Part shown: positions 36,434 through 45,204 of the stretch, piece by piece
Numbering within the stretch: the stretch's first letter is position 1
How the letters are laid out: each line of letters starts with the position of its first letter
Assembly (NCBI GenBank): GCA_017652125.1
Contig: JAGCBO010000058.1
Coordinates: forward strand, 1,409-65,408
DNA: 64,000 nucleotides
Direction of reading: 5' to 3'
Origin: Clostridia bacterium
Lineage (GTDB): Bacteria > Bacillota > Clostridia > Christensenellales > Aristaeellaceae
Notes under the pieces: model-generated
Seen by the model: only the letters and a program-made list of their open reading frames with translations
Database searches by the model: none
Told to the model about the DNA's origin: nothing
Translations under genes and position numbers: made by a program

Positions 36434-39400
36434 TCAGTCGTAGTTCCGCCGGGGCAGTTCGATTCCGAATTCACGGGCGGTCTGCTCCAGAATATCCAGC
36501 GCGCGCTCAATCTGCTCCGGTTTATGCTCGCTGATGACGCAGAAACGAAGCCGGGCCTTGCCCTTGGGCACCGCCGGGTACATGGCCGGCGGTACGCTGA
36601 CCCCGCGCTTTTTCAGTTCGTTGGACAGAAGCCAGGCATCCTCGTCCTTGCCGACCAGCACGGGCAGCACGGCCGTCTCTCCCGCCAGGCAGATGTCCAG
36701 ATGGCGGCGCCGGGCGCTGTCTGCGAAGGAACGGATGGCGGTGCGCAGATGCTCCATGATTTCCGGGTGGGAACGCAGGGTCCGGATGGCGGCCAGCGAA
36801 CCCGCGGCCAGGGCGGGAGAAATGCCCACGGAGAAGACGAAGCCCGGCATGTTGTACCGCAGATAGTCGATCAGGCACTTTTTCCCGGCCAGATATCCGC
36901 CGCAGGTGCCCAGGCCCTTGGACAGCGTGCCGTATTTGATGTCGATGTCATTGCCGTCCAGGCCGAAATATTCATCCACGCCGCCGCCGGTTTTGCCGAT
37001 GACGCAGGCGCTGTGAGCTTCGTCCACCATCAGGAAACAGCCGTATTCCTTTTTGATCCGGACGAAGTCGGGAACCGGAGCGATGTCTCCGTCCATGCTG
37101 TAGGCGCCTTCGATGATGATCAGAACCTTTTCATAGAAGGCCCGCTGATTCTTCAGGATCGTTTCCAGAGCCTTCGGGTCGCTGTGGGGGAAGGGCCGGG
37201 AGGTCGCGTCGCTCAGTTTGCATCCCTGCTCGATGGAATTATGCGCCAGCGCGTCGTAGAGAATCAGATCCTTTTTGCCGCAGAAATTGCCGACGAAGGT
37301 GACGTTGGTGGAATGGCCGCCAACGCATACAATGGCATCCTCCGTGTGCTTCCAGTCGGCGATTTCGGCTTCCAGTTCCTTGTGGATCATCTTTTCGCCG
37401 GCCAGCAGGCGGCTTCCGCTGGCGCTGGTTCCGTATTTGTCGATCGCGGCCTTGGCGGCATCCTTGACCTCTTTCCGGCCGCTCATGCCGACATAGTTGT
37501 AGCTGCCGAATTCCAGAATCTCCCGGCCGTCCACAATTCCGGTGTCAAGCAGGGGGGATTCATGGGCGACAAAGTAGGGATTATCCCCTTTTCCGACCAG
37601 GGCGTTCTGCCGCTCGACGAAGTGCAGATATTCCGGCGTATCCTCAAAGCGGGTGATCGGCCGGACGGCAACCCGTTCCGCTGTCCGGCTTTCCGGCAGC
37701 GGCCCTTTCAGCAGCGCTTCAACGACCTGGGTCATTCCGTTGACCGTGGCGCACTGGCCGTACTCTTCGGCCGGAATGGTGATCCCCCATTCCTCTTCAG
37801 CCCGCAGAGCCATGGAGAGCACCTGCAGGCTGTCTCCCTGCAGATCGTCGATAAAGTGCGCGTTATCGTCGATTTCCCGTTCGGACAGCTCCAGCGCTTC
37901 CGCGTACAGCGCCCGGACCTTCTGCCGGATCTCATCGCTGACGGCGGCGGGGCTGTTCGTTCCCCGGACGGCGGCGACTTCGGCTCCGGCGCTGCGCTCA
38001 TGCAGATCCAGCTCCCGGTAGACCAGTTCCTTTTCGTCGTAGAGGCGTTTCAGTTCAATCCGTTTGACCTTGATCCCGCTGACGAGCGGCAGGGCGGTGG
38101 ATGTCACCAGCGCCCGGTCCAGCTGCGTATACAGGGGGAGCCGGCTGTTGGCGTCCGCGACCTGGGCGGCCAGGGTATCCAGGTAGGCCTGGTCGGTATA
38201 GTTTTCTCCGACGTTCATGACCAGCACGATGTCTTCGTTGCTGTCCCGGCGGTTCCTCCGGAAGCCGACCACACTGAGCTGCTCCACCCCTTTCAGCGAG
38301 GCGAAGGCATCCTCCATGTCGTCCGGATAGACGTTTTCCCCGGATTCATTGATGATGACATCCTTCAGACGGCCTTTGATATAGATCCGGCCGCTGTGGT
38401 CCATTTCGGCGATGTCTCCCGTGGGATACCATCCTCCGTCCAGCGTGTCGGGCGGAAGCAGGGAGCCGGAAACCAGGCGGCCGGAGTGGATGCCGGGCCC
38501 GCGAACCTGCAGCTCGCCGCCGCGGCTGTTTTCGCCTGACGGGGCGATCCGGTATTCCGCGGTGCCCAGGGCGGTTCCCACAGAGCCGTTCAGCCGGTAG
38601 TTCAGGCTCATGGCGTTTTCAAATCCGTTGATGGCGGTTTCGGTCATGCCGTAGCCCACGACGGTATAATATCCCAGTGAATTCAGCACTTTCAGGGTTT
38701 CCGCCGGGGCGTGGCTTCCGCCGAGAATCAGCACCTGCAGCTCCGTCCCCAGCAGGTTCTGATTGACTTTGGCAAAAACCTTTTTTTCCGCCCAGTTCAG
38801 CCCCGGGCCGGGAGCGATGCGCTGCAGTGCAAGACTCAGGGCGCTCATCAGGCGGAACTGGGTCTGCCTGCCGGCGGATTCCTTTTTCAGGCTCCGCTGC
38901 AGGGATTTGACCAGGCTGTTTCCGACCAGCGGCACGACCACGGTCATATGGGGCGGGAAGCGGCGGCATACCTTCTGGATGGATGAAGGGGTCCGGTCCG
39001 GAAGATAGACGCAGCTCATTCCCATAAAATGAGCCCAGATCACGCAGGCCATGAAGCCGAGCACGTGATGGAAGGGCAGGAAGCAAAGCATCCGGCGGCC
39101 GGTATTGTCTGAGCCGATGATCCTCGTGTTATTCCGGTGCACGGCGACGGATTTCAGCGCCTGCTCGCAGACCGCTTCGCCGCTGTAGGCAAAAATCCGG
39201 CTGCGGCCGGTGGTTCCGCTGGTGCACATGGCGACGTATTCACCCCAGACGGGAGTGAAACCGATAATCCTGGGGGCTTCCGTCACGGTTTTGTAGTCGA
39301 TCTGGCGCACGTTGCCGGCCAGCGCCCGCGGCTTTCGGGTGATGATGACCCGGCAGCCGGCCTCGTCCAGCAGACCCTGCAGCTGCCCGTCCTGCGCAGC

Positions 39401-39703
39401 CGCGTCCAGCAGCAGAGCGTTATGTCCGGAACGCATGACGCCCCAGAACAGGGAGGGCCATTCATAGCACGTATCCACGGCAATGGCAATCCAGCCGCCG
39501 TCGGGCGCCTGCGAATTCAGACAGGCGGCATAATCGTCGGCCCGCCGGGCCATTTCCGCGTAGGAACGGCTCATTTCCTGATCTCCGTTCAGCCACAGGG
39601 CGGCGGGCAGTTCACCGTAATCGCGGAGAACGGAGAACAGTTCTTCCAGTGTTTTGTTGGCTTCCAGACGGGCGCTGACGCTCAGGGCGTCCATGTTCCT
39701 CAT
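36434..39703 (-). CDS. Trifunctional fusion: acyl-adenylating (AMP-binding) domain - acyl carrier protein - PLP-dependent alpha-oxoamine synthase (AONS/SPT family)
   Basis: TSGTTG, GYGMTE, TGD, GRLKDVII, GENVYP; ACP DDLQGDSL; FGSYNYVG, HNS, DEAH, GTLSKGLG; AAGGAGG RBS before ATG at 39703. Confidence 0.9.
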   Translation of the reverse strand: MRNMDALSVSARLEANKTLEELFSVLRDYGELPAALWLNGDQEMSRSYAEMARRADDYAACLNSQAPDGGWIAIAVDTCYEWPSLFWGVMRSGHNALLLDAAAQDGQLQGLLDEAGCRVIITRKPRALAGNVRQIDYKTVTEAPRIIGFTPVWGEYVAMCTSGTTGRSRIFAYSGEAVCEQALKSVAVHRNNTRIIGSDNTGRRMLCFLPFHHVLGFMACVIWAHFMGMSCVYLPDRTPSSIQKVCRRFPPHMTVVVPLVGNSLVKSLQRSLKKESAGRQTQFRLMSALSLALQRIAPGPGLNWAEKKVFAKVNQNLLGTELQVLILGGSHAPAETLKVLNSLGYYTVVGYGMTETAINGFENAMSLNYRLNGSVGTALGTAEYRIAPSGENSRGGELQVRGPGIHSGRLVSGSLLPPDTLDGGWYPTGDIAEMDHSGRIYIKGRLKDVIINESGENVYPDDMEDAFASLKGVEQLSVVGFRRNRRDSNEDIVLVMNVGENYTDQAYLDTLAAQVADANSRLPLYTQLDRALVTSTALPLVSGIKVKRIELKRLYDEKELVYRELDLHERSAGAEVAAVRGTNSPAAVSDEIRQKVRALYAEALELSEREIDDNAHFIDDLQGDSLQVLSMALRAEEEWGITIPAEEYGQCATVNGMTQVVEALLKGPLPESRTAERVAVRPITRFEDTPEYLHFVERQNALVGKGDNPYFVAHESPLLDTGIVDGREILEFGSYNYVGMSGRKEVKDAAKAAIDKYGTSASGSRLLAGEKMIHKELEAEIADWKHTEDAIVCVGGHSTNVTFVGNFCGKKDLILYDALAHNSIEQGCKLSDATSRPFPHSDPKALETILKNQRAFYEKVLIIIEGAYSMDGDIAPVPDFVRIKKEYGCFLMVDEAHSACVIGKTGGGVDEYFGLDGNDIDIKYGTLSKGLGTCGGYLAGKKCLIDYLRYNMPGFVFSVGISPALAAGSLAAIRTLRSHPEIMEHLRTAIRSFADSARRRHLDICLAGETAVLPVLVGKDEDAWLLSNELKKRGVSVPPAMYPAVPKGKARLRFCVISEHKPEQIERALDILEQTAREFGIELPRRNYD

Positions 39704-39798
39704 TGAGGCCTCCTTCCTTTGTGCGAACCCGGCCGGAAGAAATAAGAAAAATAATAATAACGGATAAATGACCCACCGGCCGGCAGGCACATCAATAC

Positions 39799-39807
39799 AT
39801 TATAGCA
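39799..39807 (-). promoter_or_regulatory. Extended -10 promoter element of the fusion gene
   Basis: TGCTATAAT on the minus strand, about 95 bp upstream of the ATG. Confidence 0.55.
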
Positions 39808-40017
39808 CAGGCAAAATGAAAATACATCCATTTTCCGAATCTTTTCCCGCTTTGCCCGCGAAAAGTTCGTCATTTTCATGTGCTTGCAGGCAGGACGCGG
39901 CGCCTGCGGGGCACGGATGAAAGAACAGCGGGGAAGGGAACCTGGATCCCGGAAATTTACAAACGGCTGTTATTATGATATAGTCAGGACAGCAATCTCG
40001 AAGAAGGGGTGCTCATC

Positions 40018-42183
40018 ATGACAACGGAAAAGCTTCAGGCGCTGCTGGACAGTATGACAATCAGGGAAAAAGTCGGTCAGCTTGTGCAATGCAACGCAGG
40101 CCAGTTTATTCAGAACGACATGGAAATCACCGGCCCCGAGGGGGAGCTGCTTCCCGCGGAGGATCTGAACCGGGTGATGGGCAGCGTGCTGACTTTTGAG
40201 GATGCCGCTCAGGCCAAAGCGCTTCAGGACCGGCATCTGGCGGCGGATCCGAAAAAGATCCCGCTGCTCCTGATGCTGGACGTGATTCACGGGCTGCGGA
40301 CGACCTATCCGATTCCGCTGGCGATGGGCTGTTCCTTCGATGATGATCTGATGGCGGAATGCGCGGATATGGCCCGGAAGGAATCCGCCGTCTGCGGCGT
40401 GCATGTCACCTTCAATCCGATGGTGGATACCGCGCGGGACGCCCGCTGGGGCAGAATTCTCGAGACCAGTTCCGAAGAGCCCCTGCTGAACAGCCGCATG
40501 GGCGCGGCCGTGGTGAGGGCGACACAGGGGGAGGATCTGAGCCGCCCGGAGAATGTGGCCTGCTGCGTAAAGCATTTTGCCGCCTACGGCGCGCCGGAAG
40601 GCGGAAGAGACTACAATACGGTGGATCTGTCGGAGCGGACGCTGCGGGAGGCCTATCTTCCCGCGTATAAAGCCTGTCTGGATGCCGGCGCCCGGCTGAT
40701 TATGCCCTCCTTCAACGCGCTGAACGGTATTCCGTCCGTGGCGAACCGGTGGCTGATGAACAGGGTGCTGCGGGAGGAATGGGGCTTCAACGGCGTTGTG
40801 ATCAGCGACTATAACGCGGTGGGGGAACTGGTGACTCACGGCGTGGCGGAAAATCTGAAGGACGCGGTGCGGCTTTCCATGCTGGCCGGCTGCGATATTG
40901 ACATGGTCCGGAACGCCTACTACCTGTATCTGGAGGATCTGGTGCGGGACGGGGTTGTGCCGGAGGAGATGCTGGATCAGGCGGTCCTGCGGGTCCTGAA
41001 GCTGAAAAATGAGCTGGGTCTGTTTGAAAATCCGTATCACGGTGCGGATGAGGAGGCGGAAAAGAAGCTGTATCTGTGCCCGGCTCACCGTGAAATTGCC
41101 CGGCGGGCCGCGGAGGAAAGCGCGGTGCTGCTGAAAAACGAGGGGATTCTTCCGCTGAGCGACCGGATCCGTAAGGCGGCGCTGATCGGGCCCTTTGCGG
41201 ATGAGCGGCATCTGGTGGGCTTCTGGAGCCGCCCCGGGGCGTGGAAGGACGCGGTTACGCTGCCCGAAGGCATTCAGGCGCTGCTGCCGGATCTGGAGCT
41301 GATCATCGAGCGGGGCTGCGGCGCGGAAATCGGGGATACCGATGAGAGCGGGATCGACCGGGCGGTGGAGGCGGCCCGGAGCGCCGACGCGGTGATTCTG
41401 GCCCTGGGCGAACCGGAAAACGACAGCGGGGAAGGCCGGAGCCGCGCGACGCTGACGCTGCCCGGGCCGCAGATGACCCTGGCCAGGCGGGTGCTTGCCG
41501 CCAACCCGAATACGGCGGTGATTCTTTTCAACGGAAGACCGCTGGAGCTGACGGAACTGGATGAACTGGCGCCGGCGATTCTGGAAATGTGGTATCCCGG
41601 AACGGAGGCGGGGAACGCGGCCGCCAGGCTGCTCTTCGGGCGGGCGAATCCCTGCGGCAAGCTGTCGGCGGGTCTGCCCCGCAGCGTCGGGCAGTATCCC
41701 ATGCCCTATAACCGGATGAATACCGGCCGGCCGAAGCCGCAGCCGGATTCACAGGCCTTCCCCTTTACCAGCTGCTATCTGGATACGCCGAATCTGCCCC
41801 TGTATTCCTTCGGCCACGGGCTGAGCTACACAACCTTCTCCTATGAATCGCTGACGCTGGACCGCACTGTCATGCGGCCGGAGGAATCCGTCCGGGTGAC
41901 GATCCGGGTCCGGAATACAGGATCGGGAGCAGGAAAGGAAGTGGTCCAGCTGTACCTGCGGGATCCGGTTGCTTCCGTTGTACGGCCTGTGCAGCAGCTG
42001 ATTGATTACCGGAAGATCTCCCTGGAGCCGGGAGAAGTGAAGGAGGTCGCCTTCACCGTGACGGAAGAGCAGCTGCGCTTCTGGGATTTCGACTGCAGCT
42101 TCCGTTCGGAACCCGGAACTTTTGAGCTTTCGACGGGTTACGCGGATCATCTGCTGCTGACCCGGACCTTTGTCCTGCAGTAA
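40018..42183 (+). CDS. GH3 beta-glucosidase (BglX-like), cytoplasmic
   Basis: DVIHG, RDARWGR, KHF, ISDY nucleophile, VLLKN, GEGRSR, FGHGLSY, C-terminal Fn3-like EVVQLY. Confidence 0.95.
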   Translation: MTTEKLQALLDSMTIREKVGQLVQCNAGQFIQNDMEITGPEGELLPAEDLNRVMGSVLTFEDAAQAKALQDRHLAADPKKIPLLLMLDVIHGLRTTYPIPLAMGCSFDDDLMAECADMARKESAVCGVHVTFNPMVDTARDARWGRILETSSEEPLLNSRMGAAVVRATQGEDLSRPENVACCVKHFAAYGAPEGGRDYNTVDLSERTLREAYLPAYKACLDAGARLIMPSFNALNGIPSVANRWLMNRVLREEWGFNGVVISDYNAVGELVTHGVAENLKDAVRLSMLAGCDIDMVRNAYYLYLEDLVRDGVVPEEMLDQAVLRVLKLKNELGLFENPYHGADEEAEKKLYLCPAHREIARRAAEESAVLLKNEGILPLSDRIRKAALIGPFADERHLVGFWSRPGAWKDAVTLPEGIQALLPDLELIIERGCGAEIGDTDESGIDRAVEAARSADAVILALGEPENDSGEGRSRATLTLPGPQMTLARRVLAANPNTAVILFNGRPLELTELDELAPAILEMWYPGTEAGNAAARLLFGRANPCGKLSAGLPRSVGQYPMPYNRMNTGRPKPQPDSQAFPFTSCYLDTPNLPLYSFGHGLSYTTFSYESLTLDRTVMRPEESVRVTIRVRNTGSGAGKEVVQLYLRDPVASVVRPVQQLIDYRKISLEPGEVKEVAFTVTEEQLRFWDFDCSFRSEPGTFELSTGYADHLLLTRTFVLQ

Positions 42184-42227
42184 AAAAAGACCGGCAGAGC
42201 GGAAGCCGCTGCCGGGAATCAAACGGA

Positions 42228-42260
42228 AAGGCAGCCGGCGGATCATCCGCCGGCTGCCTT
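42228..42260. terminator. Hairpin between convergent genes
   Basis: aaggcagccggcgga-tca-tccgccggctgcctt. Confidence 0.8.
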
Positions 42261-42281
42261 CTCATCAGAGAGCAGAAAGGA

Positions 42282-42941
42282 TTACGCCTTTTTGCTGTCC
42301 AGGAACTTGTATACCAGGGCCGCCGCCGCGCCGCCGACCAGGGGAGCCACCAGGAACACCCAGATGCCTTCCAGATTTCCGGCGATCAGAGCCGGGCCGA
42401 AGGAACGGGCGGGATTGACGGAAGTGCCGGTGAAGGGAATGCCCAGCAGGTGCACCAGCACCAGCGCGCCGCCGATGACCAGACCGGCCACGCTGCCGTT
42501 GGATTCCCGGGAGGTGACGCCCAGAATGGCGATGACGAAGACGAAGGTCAGGATGCACTCAATCCCGAAGCTCATCAGAGCGCTGCCGTTGTACAGCGCG
42601 TTGGTGCCGAGCTTCGCGGTATCCTTGACGATGAAGTTCAGCAGGGCCGCGCCGCCGATGGCGCCGGCGAACTGAGCAATCAGATATCCGCAGAAATCCT
42701 TCGCACTCATTTTGCCGCTGACCAGCATGGCGATGGAGACGGCGGGATTGATATGGCAGCCGAACACATTGCCGATGGAATAGGCCATCGCGACGATCAC
42801 AAGACCGAAGGCCAGCGCGGTGATCAGATGCCCCGCGGTCCCGTTGGCAGCCGTGCATTCCTGGCCGGCGACGCCGCAGGCGAACAGCACCAGGACCAGC
42901 GTGCCGATGAATTCAGCCGCATACTTTTTGAAGCTTCCCAT
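42282..42941 (-). CDS. aqpZ: Aquaporin (MIP family, AqpZ-type)
   Basis: AEFIGT, HINPA, SVNPARS; ar/R residues appear to be F-H-T-R. Confidence 0.88.
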   Translation of the reverse strand: MGSFKKYAAEFIGTLVLVLFACGVAGQECTAANGTAGHLITALAFGLVIVAMAYSIGNVFGCHINPAVSIAMLVSGKMSAKDFCGYLIAQFAGAIGGAALLNFIVKDTAKLGTNALYNGSALMSFGIECILTFVFVIAILGVTSRESNGSVAGLVIGGALVLVHLLGIPFTGTSVNPARSFGPALIAGNLEGIWVFLVAPLVGGAAAALVYKFLDSKKA

Positions 42942-43175
42942 AGTTTACTCCTCCTTTTATTTCGGGCTTTCAGTTTTCAGCCGCCGGTATTTTACAGCTG
43001 ATTGGCATTTTTTGCAATCCTGCCCTGCTGCCTGAACCGCGAAAAGAACCGGACCGCCTTTTTCCGGGGGAATCGTTTTTTTATGCAATTCCATCGTTTC
43101 TTCCTCTTGCGTTCCCTGCCGAAAAGTGCTATAACTTCCGCGCGGTTCAGGAAACCGCCTGAAAGGATTTGTACC

Positions 43176-44585
43176 ATGGCTCGTACGCTTACCCGGGATC
43201 TGACGGTGGGGAAACCCCTGAAGCTTGTTCTGACCTTTGCCGCGCCGCTTCTGTTCGGCGTTCTTTTTCAGCAGTTCTATTCCTTTGTGGATACCGCGAT
43301 CGTCGGCCGGTATCTGGGAGCGGACAAGCTGGCGGCTGTCGGAGCGACGGGCTCTGTGAACTTTCTGGTGATCGGTTTGTGCCTGGGGCTCTGCTCCGGC
43401 TTTGCCATTCCCGTGGCCCAGGCTTTCGGCGCGCGGGATGAGAGCGATGTGCGGCGGAACGTCTGGCACGCGGGGGTTCTCAGCGCGGTTCTGTCCCTGG
43501 TGTTCGCTGCGGCGGCGGTTCTTCTGTGCAAGCCGCTGCTGCGCCTGATGAATACGCCGGAGGAGATTCTGGAGGATTCCGCCGCTTACATCCGCATTAT
43601 CTTTGCGGCCATTCCCTGCTGCGTGCTGTACAACATGGCCAGCGGTATTCTCCGGTCCCTGGGGGACAGCCGGACGCCGGTGCTCTTCCTGATCATGGCC
43701 TCCCTGATCAATATCGTGCTGGATCTGTTCCTGATCCTGGTGGTAAAGATGGATGTGGCGGGAGCCGCGGTGGCGACCGCGGTCAGCCAGCTGCTGGCGG
43801 GAATCGGTTGCCTGATCGTGATGATCCGGCGCTTTCCGATTCTGCGGATGAAGCGGGAAGACCGGCAGTTTTCCCTGCCGGTGGCGAAAAAAATGCTGAC
43901 GATCGGCCTGCCGATGGGACTGCAGTTCTCCATTACGGCGATCGGCTCCGTGGTGGTTCAGTGGTCTGTCAACGGCCTGGGTGTGAACGCCGTCGCGGCG
44001 GTCAGCGCCGCCGGAAAGCTCAGCGCTTTCTTTGCCTGCGTGTTTGACGCGCTTTCCTCCACCATGGCGACCTTTGCGGGCCAGAATATCGGCGCCCGGA
44101 AGCTGGATCGGGTTCATGAGGGGCTGAAGGCGGCTTCTCTGGTGGGTGTTCTGTACTGTATCGGAGCGTTCGCGGTGGTGCTGCTGTTCACCCGTCCGCT
44201 GCTGAGCCTGTTTATTGATACGGCCGCGGCAAAAGAAGTAGCGGACATGGGAGTCCGCTACCTGACCATTAACGCAGCCTTTTATATTCCGCTTTTGTTT
44301 GTGAATATTGTCCGCCTGTCGATCCAGGGCATGGGCTTTACGCGGGTTGCCATGTTTGCCGGGCTGTTTGAGATGATTGCCCGTACGGCCGTCGCGCTGT
44401 TCCTGGTGCCTGTTCTGGGCTTTACCGGAGCCTGCCTGGCCAATCCGGCCGCCTGGATTGCCGCGGATCTTTTCCTGTTCCCCTGCTATTTCCGCACCAT
44501 GCGGACGCTGCGGATGAGGCTCATGCCGGACACCCATGAATACCGGGAGCCGGCAAAGCTTCATCTGCTGCGGCGCAGCGCCTGA
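43176..44585 (+). CDS. MATE-family efflux transporter
   Basis: DLTVG, YSFVDTAIVGR, LRSLGDSRTP, QNIGA. Confidence 0.93.
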   Translation: MARTLTRDLTVGKPLKLVLTFAAPLLFGVLFQQFYSFVDTAIVGRYLGADKLAAVGATGSVNFLVIGLCLGLCSGFAIPVAQAFGARDESDVRRNVWHAGVLSAVLSLVFAAAAVLLCKPLLRLMNTPEEILEDSAAYIRIIFAAIPCCVLYNMASGILRSLGDSRTPVLFLIMASLINIVLDLFLILVVKMDVAGAAVATAVSQLLAGIGCLIVMIRRFPILRMKREDRQFSLPVAKKMLTIGLPMGLQFSITAIGSVVVQWSVNGLGVNAVAAVSAAGKLSAFFACVFDALSSTMATFAGQNIGARKLDRVHEGLKAASLVGVLYCIGAFAVVLLFTRPLLSLFIDTAAAKEVADMGVRYLTINAAFYIPLLFVNIVRLSIQGMGFTRVAMFAGLFEMIARTAVALFLVPVLGFTGACLANPAAWIAADLFLFPCYFRTMRTLRMRLMPDTHEYREPAKLHLLRRSA

Positions 44586-44879
44586 TCAGCGTCCCATCCC
44601 GACGAAGGAGGTAGCGATCCATCCGGTAAGCGTCACGCCGTTTTTCTCGTAGCGGATTTGCACAAAATGACGATCGGAAGCCGGGTCGTATTCCACGCTG
44701 CCGAATGTGTCCACGATCGTACCGTTGACCAGGGAGTCCTGCCGGTTATGTGCGGCGGTAGTCGGCGTGCTGCGAACCTGCGCTTTATCGTTGGTGCCAG
44801 TTTTGATCGGCCGGCGAACTCCGCCGGAAACCTCATCCATCAGGCTGTCATCCAGTTCCACCATTTTCATTTCATCCAT
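44586..44879 (-). CDS. Small protein: double-glycine leader + SH3b-like domain
   Basis: GGAGG RBS; ELDDSLMDEVSGG leader; VRSTP..L.NG..V..V.I.Y..NG..GWI..FV. Confidence 0.75.
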   Translation of the reverse strand: MDEMKMVELDDSLMDEVSGGVRRPIKTGTNDKAQVRSTPTTAAHNRQDSLVNGTIVDTFGSVEYDPASDRHFVQIRYEKNGVTLTGWIATSFVGMGR

Positions 44880-45204
44880 TTCTGTTCCCTCCTGTATTCT
44901 TATCATTCACTCTGCTTCCAGCCCCTGCCGTGCAGTCTCATCCTTTGATACGCACGAAGCGGAAGGGATGGCAGGGCTTTTTGAAAAATCCGCGTAGAAA
45001 TTTTTTTTGCAAACGTAAATGCAAGGTCGGCGCTGTGTTTACTGATCCGGCTGATGCGGGCTTCCGGCCGTTCCTACCGGACCGCCTGCCGGGATTTCCG
45101 GTCCGGGCAGGCAGTTTTATATTGTCATGAAAAAATCAATATGGTATGATTTACAGGAATACAGCCGCCCTGTGATTGATTCTCTTCCGGGAGGAACAGC
45201 TGAA

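Noticed and set aside
36434-37620. Simple bioF (biotin synthesis) annotation
   Set aside because: The domain is fused to a long-chain-type acyl ligase and an ACP, and no bioA/B/D/W genes are nearby. BioF activity is not excluded but is not supported.
34916-38539. 1207-aa plus-strand ORF
   Set aside because: Antisense shadow of the MATE and acyl-ligase-ACP-synthase genes; no RBS or domain signature.
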